DNA of 60,183 bases, counting the filler. It is 3 parts of 3 records of this genome, joined end to end, with 100 filler letters (N's around TTAATTAATTAA, not from the genome) between each part and the next. Parts side by side here need not be neighbours in the genome. Positions count along the whole stretch, not along the records: positions 44,439 to 60,183 come from SRR22947725_251; 2 more parts are not named here. One strand, given 5' to 3'. Both the position numbers and the translations under genes were made by a program. Positions within the stretch are counted from its first letter, which is position 1; the number at the start of each line of letters is the position of its first letter. Under the pieces are notes generated by a model. The model had not been told where the DNA came from. It did no database searches and saw only the letters and a program-made list of their open reading frames with translations. Shown here in pieces: positions 50,257 to 60,183 of the stretch.

Positions 50257-50664
50257 ATGGCTATTACTTTTACTGAAATTTCCGAAACTTTTGAATTATT
50301 AGATGATTGGGAAGAAAAATACCGATATGTAATAGAACTTGGAAGGGATTATGAAGCATTAGATGAAAAACTAAGGACTGATGCTTTGAAAATTGATGGT
50401 TGTGCTTCACAAGTATGGTTATTGCCACATGTGCAAGAGGGTAAGTTTCGATTTGATGGTGCATCTGACGCTATTATAGTAAGCGGGTTAGTTTCGATAT
50501 TGTCTGTACTTTACAATGGTAACACTGTAGAAAAAGCAAAAGAAATCAATGCTCTGAAAGAATTTAATGACCTTGGATTAGGAGCAAATTTGTCAACACA
50601 AAGGTCAAATGGCTTAAATTCTATGATCAAAAGTATTCAATCATATCTTTCATCTGTTTCATAA
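50257..50664 (+). CDS. sufE: SufE-family sulfur acceptor
   Basis: DWEEKYRYVIELG, GCASQVW, SDAIIVSGL, LSTQRSNGL. Confidence 0.92.
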   Translation: MAITFTEISETFELLDDWEEKYRYVIELGRDYEALDEKLRTDALKIDGCASQVWLLPHVQEGKFRFDGASDAIIVSGLVSILSVLYNGNTVEKAKEINALKEFNDLGLGANLSTQRSNGLNSMIKSIQSYLSSVS

Positions 50665-50760
50665 TCATTATGTGTTTTTTTCCAATTTCATAATCTATAT
50701 TTTTTATTAATTTAGTATATATCCTTAAATAATATTCATTTGTTAATTTAAGGGCATTAT

Positions 50761-51768
50761 ATGTCAAATATCATTGCTGATATGATTTCAGAAAAAGGCT
50801 TCTTGTTGGCAGATGGTGCAACTGGAACAAATCTTTTCAATTTAGGCCTTGAGGCTGGTGAACCACCAGAGTTTTGGAATTTAAATGAACCTGACAAAAT
50901 AAGATCGCTATATCAAGGTTCTGTTGATGCAGGTAGCGACTTATTTCTTACAAACTCTTTTGGAGGAAATGCCTCAAGATTAAAATTGCATAATTCAGAA
51001 GATCAAGCATATGAATTGTCTTTTGCCGCATCTAAATTAGGTAGGGAAGTTGCAGATAAATCGGGTCGAAATGTTCTGGTGGCTGGATCTATTGGGCCAA
51101 CTGGAGATATAATGGGCGATGCTGGCTGGCTGAGTCATGACGATGCAGTAAAAGTGTTTCAAGTTACAGCGCAAGGATTAATAGACGGTGGTGCGGATGT
51201 TCTTTGGCTTGAAACAATTTCAAGCCCGGAAGAATATATTGCTGCATCAGAAGCTATTGAAAGCATAAATGCACCATGGGTAGGAACTATGAGTTTTGAT
51301 ACTGCTGGAAGAACTATGATGGGTGTTACAAGTCATGATATGTCAAATCTAGTAAGAAATATGCAATATGGACCCATAGCATATGGCGCAAATTGTGGGG
51401 TTGGAGCATCTGATTTATTACGAACAGTTTTAGGTCTTTCTGAAAAATCTGATAGACCAATTATAGCTAAAGGAAATGCTGGGATACCAAAATATGTTGA
51501 AGGCCACATTCACTATGATGGAACTCCTGAAGTAATGTCAGATTATGCTCTTTTGGCACGAGCTTGTGGTGCTTCTATTATTGGTGGTTGCTGTGGAACG
51601 ATGCCAATACATTTAAAAGCAATGAGATACGCACTTGATAATAATCCAGTGGGAGATGTACCAAGTTTAGATCAAATATCAAAATCTTTAGGCCCTTTTT
51701 CTTCAGAAACAGACGGTACAGGCGATGGTCCAAAGCCCGTTAGAGTCCGCCGTGGTCAGCGTAAATAA
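50761..51768 (+). CDS. bmt: Homocysteine S-methyltransferase (Bmt; Hcy-binding module of a split methionine synthase)
   Basis: DGATGT, TNSFGG, GANC, NAGIP and GGCCG zinc ligands; standalone 335 aa. Confidence 0.85.
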   Translation: MSNIIADMISEKGFLLADGATGTNLFNLGLEAGEPPEFWNLNEPDKIRSLYQGSVDAGSDLFLTNSFGGNASRLKLHNSEDQAYELSFAASKLGREVADKSGRNVLVAGSIGPTGDIMGDAGWLSHDDAVKVFQVTAQGLIDGGADVLWLETISSPEEYIAASEAIESINAPWVGTMSFDTAGRTMMGVTSHDMSNLVRNMQYGPIAYGANCGVGASDLLRTVLGLSEKSDRPIIAKGNAGIPKYVEGHIHYDGTPEVMSDYALLARACGASIIGGCCGTMPIHLKAMRYALDNNPVGDVPSLDQISKSLGPFSSETDGTGDGPKPVRVRRGQRK

Positions 51769-51866
51769 AATACATTTTGGTCGGTGTAAGAACTGGTTTT
51801 GTCGCAAACTGTAGAGAATAAATTATAGAAAATTACCAGATTATAAATAAGTTTAGTTTTGTAAAT

Positions 51867-52580
51867 ATGGAAGTGAATATCATGTTAGATGAGCAAGAAA
51901 TTATATTAGCAGATTTAAGTGATGAAGAATTAACATTGCAAATGCATGATGACTTGTATGATGGGATGAAAGAAGAAATAGCAGAATCTGTAAATATTCT
52001 TCTTAATCGAGGTTGGATGCCTTACGATGTACTTACAAAAGCCTTGGTCGAGGGAATGCGCATTGTTGGAATAGATTTTCGCGACGGTATACTTTTTGTG
52101 CCTGAAGTTTTACTAGCAGCAAATGCTATGAAAGGCGGTATGGCAATATTAAAACCATTATTAGCTGAGACTGGCGCTCCTCGTCTTGGAAATATGCTTA
52201 TTGGGACTGTAAAAGGAGACATTCATGATATTGGCAAAAATCTAGTCACAATGATGATGGAGGGTGCCGGTTTTGAAGTAAAAGATCTTGGCATAAATAA
52301 TCCTGTAGAAAATTATGTTCAAGAACTTGAAGATGGAGATTACGACATTCTTGGCATGTCAGCTCTATTAACAACTACCATGCCCTATATGAAAGTTGTT
52401 ATTGATACGATGATTGAAAAAGGCATGCGGGATGACTATGTTGTATTAGTCGGTGGAGCTCCACTAAATGAAGAATTTGGTAAAGCTATTGGTGCGGATG
52501 CATACTGCAGGGATGCTGCTGTTGCTGTTGAAACCGCAAAAGAATTTATGGCTAGAAAACATAACCAACTTAGTACGTAA
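51867..52580 (+). CDS. Standalone cobalamin-binding (corrinoid) protein
   Basis: Cap domain (GMRIVG..F...FVPEV), GDIHDIGKN B12 motif, SALLTTT, VGGA; start may be 51882. Confidence 0.92.
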   Translation: MEVNIMLDEQEIILADLSDEELTLQMHDDLYDGMKEEIAESVNILLNRGWMPYDVLTKALVEGMRIVGIDFRDGILFVPEVLLAANAMKGGMAILKPLLAETGAPRLGNMLIGTVKGDIHDIGKNLVTMMMEGAGFEVKDLGINNPVENYVQELEDGDYDILGMSALLTTTMPYMKVVIDTMIEKGMRDDYVVLVGGAPLNEEFGKAIGADAYCRDAAVAVETAKEFMARKHNQLST

Positions 52581-52613
52581 TTTAATAAAATAATTTGTTT
52601 GGAATATCATTAT

Positions 52614-53249
52614 ATGCATTCAGATGATTATTTAAAAGATTTTTGCATAGAAAACATTATGCCAAAAAATAATAAAGTATTAATAATTGCTTGTGGAGCT
52701 TTAGCTCGAGAAATAATAAGCTTAATAAAGCTAAACAATTGGCAACATATTTCATTAACATGCTTGCCAGCAAATTATCATTTATATCCTGAGAAAATTA
52801 CTGGAGCTGTCGAGGCTGCAGTTTTGAAATATAAATCAGATTATAAAAGTATTTTTATAGCTTATGCAGATTGTGGAACGGGTGGTTTATTAGAAAGTAA
52901 ATGTAAAGAACTAGGAGTGGAAATGATAAAAGGCCCCCATTGTTATTCCTTTTTTGAAGGTAATGATAAATTTTCTAATAATTCTGAAAATGAAATCACT
53001 GCTTTTTATCTTACTGATTTCTTAGTAAATCAATTTGAAGCATTCGTATGGAAACCTATGGGATTGGATAAACATCCTGAACTAATTGAAATGTATTTTG
53101 GTAACTATACTAAATTGATTTACCAAGCTCAAACAAACAACAGTAAATTGGATAAAAAAGCTAAAGAAATATCAAATAAAATGAATTTACCATTAGAGAG
53201 AAGATTTACTGGATATGGCGATTTAGAAGCTGCTCTTTCAATATTGTAG
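52614..53249 (+). CDS. DUF1638 protein
   Basis: IIACGAL, LPANYHLYPEKI, YADCGTGG, PHCY, FYLTDF; start uncertain (52599, 52614 or 52659). Confidence 0.82.
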   Translation: MHSDDYLKDFCIENIMPKNNKVLIIACGALAREIISLIKLNNWQHISLTCLPANYHLYPEKITGAVEAAVLKYKSDYKSIFIAYADCGTGGLLESKCKELGVEMIKGPHCYSFFEGNDKFSNNSENEITAFYLTDFLVNQFEAFVWKPMGLDKHPELIEMYFGNYTKLIYQAQTNNSKLDKKAKEISNKMNLPLERRFTGYGDLEAALSIL

Positions 53250-53271
53250 AGTTTTATTTTGTCTAACTACT

Positions 53272-54615
53272 TTAGGATCCTACATAATTAGATCTTGATA
53301 GGCCATATTTAGCCATTTTTTCATTAAGCGTCCTTCTAGGCAAAGACAGTTCTGCCATTACTGATTGTATCGATCCTTTATGGCGTCTCATTGTATTATC
53401 AATTAACATTCTTTCAAATGCTTCAACATGTTCTTTAAGTGGTTTTGCTAATGCTTTCTCATTATTTGCAACATCATTGTCGTTTGTTGGTAGCATTTCT
53501 GTAATAGAATAACTTCCACGACGGCTTTGTAGCACTGTTCTCTCTGCAAGATTTATTAACTGCCGAATATTACCTTCCCAATTAGCTTGAAGTAATTGAG
53601 CTGCATCTTCTGCTGCAACTGCAGGTTTTTCACAGCCATATTCATCAGCAAAATTTTCAAGATATCGATTAAACAACAGTAAAATATCTTCACCACGTGA
53701 CTTTAATGGTGGTGGTATAATTTGCATAGCTGCCAATCTATAATATAAATCCTGACGAAGTACATTTTCTAATGTTAATGAAATTTCTTCTGTATCATTA
53801 GATATTGCGATTATACGTAATTTTGAGCCTTCATTTCCAAGGTCATATTTAGTTATGAGTGCTAATAGTCGAGCTTGAACTGAACCAGGAATACTTTCAA
53901 TATCTTCCAAGCATAACGTACCTTCTAATGAAGAATCTATTAATGAGTCTTCATCATTATTCTCTCCAAATAACCTTCGAGATAATTCATCTTCTGTATA
54001 AGCCGCACAATTAACAGTTATAAATTTTTTACCTTGCCTTGGGCCACAAGCATGAAGAGCATGTGCAATAAGGCTTTTACCAGTACCGGTTTCACCAGTA
54101 ATTAAGACATGACCATCTGCTTGGGCTAAATCAAGTATATCTTCTCTTAACCGACCCATTAATGCTGATGTTCCCATTAATTTTCTTAATAATACTGTGC
54201 CATCTGATAATTCTCTTCTTAATGTTCTGTTTTCTAATGTTAAAAACCTCGTCTGAACTGCACGCTTTGCTAAGTCTGCCATTCTTTCAGGATTAAAAGG
54301 TTTCTCAAGAAAATCATAAGCGCCAATACGCATAGCATCGACAGCCATTGAAACATCACCATGTCCTGTTATTAAGATTACTGGAAGAGCATTATCAATT
54401 TTTTGTAGTTTTTTTAAAAAAGAAATTCCGTCGGTACCAGGCATTTTAATATCTGAAATAATTATACCTGGATAATCTGGGCCTATATTCTTTAATGCTA
54501 AATCCGCACTAGCGTATGTTATAGTTTTATAGCCAGATAATCCTAACCATTGTGATATACTTTCGCGCATATCTTGTTCATCATCCACAATTGTGATTGA
54601 TATTTGATTAGCCAT
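53272..54615 (-). CDS. dctD: DctD/NtrC-family response regulator lacking the GAFTGA motif
   Basis: Receiver domain (DDE, SDIKMP, TGHG, KPF), GETGTGKS, RQDLYYRL, WEGNIRQL, Fis-type HTH. Confidence 0.85.
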   Translation of the reverse strand: MANQISITIVDDEQDMRESISQWLGLSGYKTITYASADLALKNIGPDYPGIIISDIKMPGTDGISFLKKLQKIDNALPVILITGHGDVSMAVDAMRIGAYDFLEKPFNPERMADLAKRAVQTRFLTLENRTLRRELSDGTVLLRKLMGTSALMGRLREDILDLAQADGHVLITGETGTGKSLIAHALHACGPRQGKKFITVNCAAYTEDELSRRLFGENNDEDSLIDSSLEGTLCLEDIESIPGSVQARLLALITKYDLGNEGSKLRIIAISNDTEEISLTLENVLRQDLYYRLAAMQIIPPPLKSRGEDILLLFNRYLENFADEYGCEKPAVAAEDAAQLLQANWEGNIRQLINLAERTVLQSRRGSYSITEMLPTNDNDVANNEKALAKPLKEHVEAFERMLIDNTMRRHKGSIQSVMAELSLPRRTLNEKMAKYGLSRSNYVGS

Positions 54616-54619
54616 TTGG

Positions 54620-56374
54620 TTACTCCAGATCTTTATTATTTTCTACTATTTGTGGTAGTTGGAATTCAAAGACAGCACCACGGGGCGATACATTTCTGGC
54701 GAATAACCGCCCATCAAGATCTTTAGCAATCGAAGAACTAATGGCTAATCCTAATCCGACACCTTCACCTGGTTTCTTTGTTGTAAAAAAAGGTTCAAAC
54801 ATTTCATCTAGATTCTCAATCCCAGGACCATTGTCTTGAATTGTTAATGTCGCCATTTCTCCAGCGGTTAAGGATATTTGCAAATACCTTTCTGTTTGAC
54901 CTTTCATAGCATCAAGGGCATTCCTCAATAAGTTTACAATGACTTGTTCTAACCTAACAGGGTCTGCTAAAACTTTAACTGGAATTTCTGGTAAAGATTT
55001 TGTTATTTCAACTGATTGCTGTCCTAGCTGAGGCGCCATCATTGCAATTGAAGTATTAATTGAGTTTATGAAATTAACAGGAATTAGATCGTCACTACCT
55101 TTACGAGAATATGATTTTAATTGTTGTGTAATAGTACCCATTCGCCCAATTAAATCATCAATTCTTTGAAAACTTGATAAAGCTTCCTCAGAACGTTTAC
55201 GGCTAAGTAATAGTTTGGCTGCTGCCAAATAAGTTCTCATTGCAGCTAATGGTTGATTTAACTCATGGCTAACTGCAGCAGACATTTCTCCAAGTGCTGC
55301 TAGTTTTGAGGATTGTTCAAGTGATGCTTCCGCTACCTGAAGGTTTCTTTCAGCTCGTTCTCTTTGAGTTATTTCTGTTGATAACCTATCATTTAATGCA
55401 CGTAACTCTTCACTTTCAGCTTTAAATAGAAACGATTGTCTTGTTGCTCTTCTAGAAAGAAAATAGAAACCCAATGCTAAAAGTAATGCTAATGCTGTAA
55501 TGCCTAATGCTAGTACACCGTTAACCTTTTCCCGTACAGATTGAAATGGTGTTAGGTAGGTAAGTCGCCAACCTTGGAATGGAATTGAAGTATCAAGTCT
55601 ATATAAAGCTTGGTCTTCAATATATGCATCAACTTCTGAACCATTCCAGTCACCTGTGGCCCTTATAGCCCTTTCTAAAACTGTTAAAGTGGGCTGTGAT
55701 AGAAGTGCAGTTTCTAATGATTGATTTAAAAACCCTTGATCAGTTGATAAAAGTACTATTCCTTTTGAATTTGTTACCATTATTGTCGCATCATTTGCAG
55801 ACCATGTTGTAAAGAGGTTATCAAGTCCAACTTCGACAACAATTACCCCTAATATTTTTCCTTGAGATTCTAGTTTTCTTGAATAGAAAAAACTTCTACG
55901 TCCTTTCTCGTTATCAGAGATTGTAAAGACTGTTCCAGATTTTCTGATTGCGTTGAAAAAGAAGTCTTGGCCTCTTAAATTTTGACCTAAATCTGAACGA
56001 TCAGAAGATGCAACAATTCTGCCATACCTTTCTAATAGCGTAATAGACTTAACTCTTATTTCATCTGAGAAAGTTATTAGTCTTTGACTTGTTAATTGGA
56101 AATCCTTTGTATTTATATCTGAAATTAATCCTGTATCTCGGGACAGTAGAAGAGGGACCACCGAAACCCTTTGAAGTTCAGATATTAGACGACCTGAGTA
56201 TAATGATAGTTCTCTTTCTGCCTCTGATCTTTTTACCTGACTATAATTTTGTGTTAGATATAAATTTGATAGGAGGATTATAATTATTACTGAGATGATT
56301 AACAAAAACACACCTAATCGAACAATAAGATTAGGCCACCTGCGTGATGGTTCATTTGATCTATCAGTTAACAT
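54620..56374 (-). CDS. dctB: DctB-like sensor histidine kinase
   Basis: Two TMs flanking a Cache-like domain, HELNQPL, NLLRNA, DNGPG, FFTTK, GLGL. Confidence 0.85.
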   Translation of the reverse strand: MLTDRSNEPSRRWPNLIVRLGVFLLIISVIIIILLSNLYLTQNYSQVKRSEAERELSLYSGRLISELQRVSVVPLLLSRDTGLISDINTKDFQLTSQRLITFSDEIRVKSITLLERYGRIVASSDRSDLGQNLRGQDFFFNAIRKSGTVFTISDNEKGRRSFFYSRKLESQGKILGVIVVEVGLDNLFTTWSANDATIMVTNSKGIVLLSTDQGFLNQSLETALLSQPTLTVLERAIRATGDWNGSEVDAYIEDQALYRLDTSIPFQGWRLTYLTPFQSVREKVNGVLALGITALALLLALGFYFLSRRATRQSFLFKAESEELRALNDRLSTEITQRERAERNLQVAEASLEQSSKLAALGEMSAAVSHELNQPLAAMRTYLAAAKLLLSRKRSEEALSSFQRIDDLIGRMGTITQQLKSYSRKGSDDLIPVNFINSINTSIAMMAPQLGQQSVEITKSLPEIPVKVLADPVRLEQVIVNLLRNALDAMKGQTERYLQISLTAGEMATLTIQDNGPGIENLDEMFEPFFTTKKPGEGVGLGLAISSSIAKDLDGRLFARNVSPRGAVFEFQLPQIVENNKDLE

Positions 56375-56443
56375 AAGTATAAACTTAAAGTGATAGATGC
56401 TATTGGTCTAGCTATTAAGTTTATATTTTAACTATTGTTAAAA

Positions 56444-57121
56444 TTAACTTGTTACCAAAGTTTCATAGATACTTTGAAATAATCTATTACCATCTATTCC
56501 ACCGAGCATTTGATCATTTAGTCTTTCTGGGTGAGGCATCATACCTAAGACTCTACGATTTTCTGATAATATTCCAGCAATATTACCCATTGAACCATTT
56601 GGATTATCAACATAACTAAATGCAATACGGTCATGGTCTTTTAATTCTTTGATAGTATCCTTATCAGCATTATAATTTCCATCATGATGAGCAATTGGAG
56701 TGTTTATAATTTCATTTTTGGAATAGCATGATGTAAAGTTACTTGATTGAGTTTCAACCTTTAATTGTATGTTTTTACATATAAATTTTAAATTTGAGTT
56801 ACGCATTAATGCTCCAGGGAGTAACCCAGATTCAGTTAGCACTTGAAATCCATTACACACGCCAAGAACATATCCACCATTATTTGCAAATTCAATTACT
56901 GCATTCATTATAGGTGAACGAGCAGCTATTGCACCACATCGAAGATAATCACCAAAAGAAAAGCCACCAGGAATAGCAATTAAGTCTAAATTTCCTGGAA
57001 GACCACTTTCTTTATGCCAAACCATTTTTACAGGATCTTTTTTTGTAGTAAATCTATTTAATGCAACTGCCATATCGCGATCACAATTTGAACCAGGGAA
57101 CTGAATCACAGCAGCTCTCAT
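56444..57121 (-). CDS. purQ: FGAM synthase glutaminase subunit
   Basis: [32 protein letters not shown]. Confidence 0.97.
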   Translation of the reverse strand: MRAAVIQFPGSNCDRDMAVALNRFTTKKDPVKMVWHKESGLPGNLDLIAIPGGFSFGDYLRCGAIAARSPIMNAVIEFANNGGYVLGVCNGFQVLTESGLLPGALMRNSNLKFICKNIQLKVETQSSNFTSCYSKNEIINTPIAHHDGNYNADKDTIKELKDHDRIAFSYVDNPNGSMGNIAGILSENRRVLGMMPHPERLNDQMLGGIDGNRLFQSIYETLVTS

Positions 57122-57360
57122 TATAAGATTTCCACAGAATAGTTTTCAATAACAGTGTTTGCTAATAATTTTTCACACATATCTTCGACTTGTGATTTAG
57201 CTTTTATTGGGTCATTTTCAGTTAAATCTAATTCAATAACTTTACCTTGCCTTACTTTGTCTACACCTGCAAAACCAAGTGAACCAAGTGAGTGTCGAAC
57301 TGCTGCGCCTTGGGGATCTAATACACCGGGTTTTAATGTAACATTTACGCGTGCTTTCAT
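57121..57360 (-). CDS. purS: FGAM synthase subunit PurS
   Basis: [19 protein letters not shown]. Confidence 0.96.
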   Translation of the reverse strand: MKARVNVTLKPGVLDPQGAAVRHSLGSLGFAGVDKVRQGKVIELDLTENDPIKAKSQVEDMCEKLLANTVIENYSVEIL

Positions 57361-57364
57361 TAAT

Positions 57365-58123
57365 TTACTCCACTAATTTTGGGCCAGTTGAGCCCCCATT
57401 TTTAGGTAAAATACCTAGTCTTTTTGCTACTTCTGAATAAGCATCCGTCAGACTTCCTAAATCTCTTCTAAATACATCTTTATCTAATTTTTGATTTGTT
57501 TCAACATCCCACAATCGGCAGCTATCTGGACTAATTTCGTCTGCCAGGATTAGGCGTTGCATATCGTCTTCATATTGCCTTCCAACTTCAATTTTGAAAT
57601 CAACCAATTTAATTCCAATACCATACATTAATCCAGCTAAAAAATCGTTTACTCGTAATGCTATTTCACGCATATCATCAATTTCATGAGATGTAGCCCA
57701 ATTCATTGCTAATATATGTTCTTCAGAAACCAAAGGATCACCCAAGGAGTCGTCCTTTAAACAAAACTCAACTATCGGCCTTGGTAAGGTTGTACCTTCC
57801 TCGATGTTGAACATTTTAGAAAACGATCCCGCGGCAACATTTCTGACTATTATTTCTAATGGAACAATTTCTACTTTATGCACTAATTGTTCCCTCATAT
57901 TTAATCTTTTTATAAAATGAGTTGGTAAACCAATTGTATTAAGCCCTAACATAAAATGCTCACAAAGAAGGTTATTAAGCGCACCTTTTCCCTCTAATGT
58001 ATCTTTTTTAACAGCATTAAACGCAGTAGCATCATCCTTGAAGTACTGGATGATTGTTCCTGGTTCAGGACCCTCGTACAATGTTTTTGCTTTGCCTTCG
58101 TAGATTTTTTTGCCGCGTGCCAT
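57365..58123 (-). CDS. purC: SAICAR synthetase
   Basis: [48 protein letters not shown]. Confidence 0.97.
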   Translation of the reverse strand: MARGKKIYEGKAKTLYEGPEPGTIIQYFKDDATAFNAVKKDTLEGKGALNNLLCEHFMLGLNTIGLPTHFIKRLNMREQLVHKVEIVPLEIIVRNVAAGSFSKMFNIEEGTTLPRPIVEFCLKDDSLGDPLVSEEHILAMNWATSHEIDDMREIALRVNDFLAGLMYGIGIKLVDFKIEVGRQYEDDMQRLILADEISPDSCRLWDVETNQKLDKDVFRRDLGSLTDAYSEVAKRLGILPKNGGSTGPKLVE

Positions 58124-58254
58124 ATTTTGGCCTCCGATCGTATGAGAATCTAATGACTTTATTCGTTTCTATATAATTAAATGATAAGCTTCGAACAAGA
58201 ACTGTTGTCCAAAGCTTATCCATAAAAATTCAAACATTAGATTAATGGAAGTTA

Positions 58255-59565
58255 TTAGATATCAGAATTAAATACTCTCGAGAAAATAGTATCAACATGC
58301 TTCGTGTGATATTGTAAATCAAATTTGTCTTCGATTTCCTGAATTGTCATTACGGACATAACGTCTTTGTCTTTTTTTAATTCTGTCATGAAATCTGCAC
58401 CTTCTTCCCAAACCCTCATAGCGTTTCTTTGAACCATTTTATAGCTATCTTCGCGTGAGCAACCTTTTTGGGTTAACGCTAATAATACTCTTTGAGAATG
58501 TACTAAGCCTCTAAATTTATTCATATTTGCGATCATATTTTCCGGATATATTACCAGTTTATCAATCACTGATGTAAGTCGTGATAGTGCAAAATCTAAT
58601 GTTATAGTAGCATCTGGGCCTATGTTTCTTTCAACCGAACTATGAGAAATATCTCTTTCGTGCCACAAAGCAACATTTTCCATAGCAGGCACTACACACA
58701 TTCTTACTAATCTTGATAAACCTGTTAAATTTTCAGTAAGAACTGGATTACGTTTATGTGGCATGGCTGAGGAACCTTTTTGTCCCTTTGAAAAAAATTC
58801 TTCTGCTTCAAGAACTTCTGTTCGCTGCATATGCCTTATTTCAATGGAGATGTTTTCAATACTAGATGCAACAACTCCTAATGCCGCAAAAAATGCTGCA
58901 TGCCTATCCCTTGGAATAACTTGAGTTGAAATAGGCTCAATTTCTAATCCCATTTTATTACAAACATGCTCTTCCACATATGGGTCAATATTTGCAAAAG
59001 TTCCAACTGCACCAGATATTGCACCAGTTGCGATCTCCATACGAGCTTTTTTTAGTCTGTTTAGATTTCTATCCATTTCAGCGTAGAAGCGCGCAAATGT
59101 AAGCCCCATTGTAGTTGGCTCAGCATGGATGCCATGTGAGCGCCCAATTCTAATAGTGTTTTTATGTTCAATTGCACGCTTTTTTAGGGCTTTTAATAAA
59201 TTATTTGTTCCATCTATAAGGAGATCTGATGCTTTTACTAATTGTACATTAAAACATGTATCTAATACATCGGATGATGTCATTCCTTGATGAACAAATC
59301 TTGCCTCTTCACTACCAATTATTTCAGATAGATGAGTAAGAAATGCTATTACATCATGCTTTGTAATTGCTTCTATTTCATCGATGCGTGCTACATCAAA
59401 CTTAACATCTTTTGCTTTCCATACCGCTTGGGCAGACTTTTCTGGAATTACACCAATTTTTGCCTGAGCATCAGAAGCATGTGCTTCAATCTCATACCAT
59501 ATTCTAAATTTCGTTTCAGGAGACCAAATTGCGACCATTTCTGGTCGAGAATAGCGAGGGATCAT
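58255..59565 (-). CDS. purB: Adenylosuccinate lyase
   Basis: MIPRY, TKHDV, GRSHGIHAEP, GSSAMPHKRNP, ERDISHSS. Confidence 0.98.
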   Translation of the reverse strand: MIPRYSRPEMVAIWSPETKFRIWYEIEAHASDAQAKIGVIPEKSAQAVWKAKDVKFDVARIDEIEAITKHDVIAFLTHLSEIIGSEEARFVHQGMTSSDVLDTCFNVQLVKASDLLIDGTNNLLKALKKRAIEHKNTIRIGRSHGIHAEPTTMGLTFARFYAEMDRNLNRLKKARMEIATGAISGAVGTFANIDPYVEEHVCNKMGLEIEPISTQVIPRDRHAAFFAALGVVASSIENISIEIRHMQRTEVLEAEEFFSKGQKGSSAMPHKRNPVLTENLTGLSRLVRMCVVPAMENVALWHERDISHSSVERNIGPDATITLDFALSRLTSVIDKLVIYPENMIANMNKFRGLVHSQRVLLALTQKGCSREDSYKMVQRNAMRVWEEGADFMTELKKDKDVMSVMTIQEIEDKFDLQYHTKHVDTIFSRVFNSDI

Positions 59566-59693
59566 TGCACATCCTTTAAAAGTTATAAATATATAAAATG
59601 CCTCTTAAACTGCATTCAGATAAAGAACAAGCATAGCCAATTAGTAAATCTATTTATTTGTATTTTGGTTTAATTTTAAAAATGTTAATGAAA

Positions 59694-60183
59694 TCACAAA
59701 AAATCATTTTTATGAAAAATATTTTCAGCATGTAAGTCCATATAAATTTTCATCCAAGCTGTATAATTTTCAGGATTATTTTTAATATCTGATATCAGCT
59801 GGGGGAGTGATAACCATTTTATTTCCATAACTTCATCTGGATTAAGTTTAATTGGATGATTTAACTGACACTTTCCTACATATATATCAACAATCTCGTG
59901 TTCAATTAAATCTGGTGGAACATTTGACCGGTACTCCACTGTATTCCGCTTCTCCAGAGTAATACCCGTCATGCCTAATTCTTCTTTGAGTCGCCTTTTT
60001 GCTGATATATCTATATCTTCATTCCAATATGGATGAGTACAACAAGTATTTGTCCATAATCCTGGTGTATGATATTTTGATAAAGCTCTTCTTTGTAATA
60101 AAATTTTACCCTTGGATATAATAAAAATTGAAATTGCTAGATGTTTTAAGCCTTTTTTATGCACCAACATCTTTTCAATGGGC
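59694..60183 (-). CDS. idi: Isopentenyl-diphosphate delta-isomerase type 1, 5' end beyond the window
   Basis: H..GLKHLAISIF, LLQRRA..KY, WTNTCCTHP, EHE, NPDEV; frame is open to the window end (PIEKMLVH). Confidence 0.92.
   Translation of the reverse strand, partial: PIEKMLVHKKGLKHLAISIFIISKGKILLQRRALSKYHTPGLWTNTCCTHPYWNEDIDISAKRRLKEELGMTGITLEKRNTVEYRSNVPPDLIEHEIVDIYVGKCQLNHPIKLNPDEVMEIKWLSLPQLISDIKNNPENYTAWMKIYMDLHAENIFHKNDFL

Noticed and set aside
56378..56444. Inverted repeats between purQ and dctB (TATAAACTTAA/TTAAGTTTATA and ATTTTAAC/GTTAAAAT)
   Set aside because: AT-rich and located right after a stop codon; most simply a terminator or chance

Overview
The window is not one locus. It is three unrelated contigs joined by artificial 100-nt spacers (N44-TTAATTAATTAA-N44 at 30932-31031 and 44339-44438). 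(1) 1-30931 is an AT-rich, tightly packed Bacteroidota (Flavobacteriia-like) chromosome segment: ftsH, cdsA, psd, valS, murB, ECF sigma, lipA, lpxK, tRNA-Val, folC, nhaD, gltBD, rnhB and lipB, plus a small accessory cluster beside the tRNA. (2) 31032-44338 is a GC-rich, gene-dense eukaryotic nuclear contig from a chlorophyte green alga, judged by short GT-AG introns, TGTAA poly(A) signals and plant-type genes. It carries an atypical DHHC palmitoyltransferase, a PHR1/PSR1-like MYB-CC factor, PWP1, a DUF760 protein, ARL1, complex I subunit NDUFA7, a fused organellar GlyRS and a spliced gene absent from the ORF track. (3) 44439-60183 is an AT-rich alphaproteobacterial (Rhodobacterales-like) segment: xsc-pta, ilvIH, an Ate/Bpt transferase, rnd, sufE, split methionine synthase modules, a dctBD-like pair, purQSC, purB and idi. 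I found no CRISPR array, mobile element or clearly new multi-gene system. The best leads are a DHYC acyltransferase that has lost all four ligands of one zinc site, two perfect 37-bp palindromes flanking ate, a nested hairpin ahead of purC, a GAFTGA-less DctD and an operator-like repeat ahead of a membrane-protein/XRE pair. Family assignments come from motif recognition only; no database searches were run.
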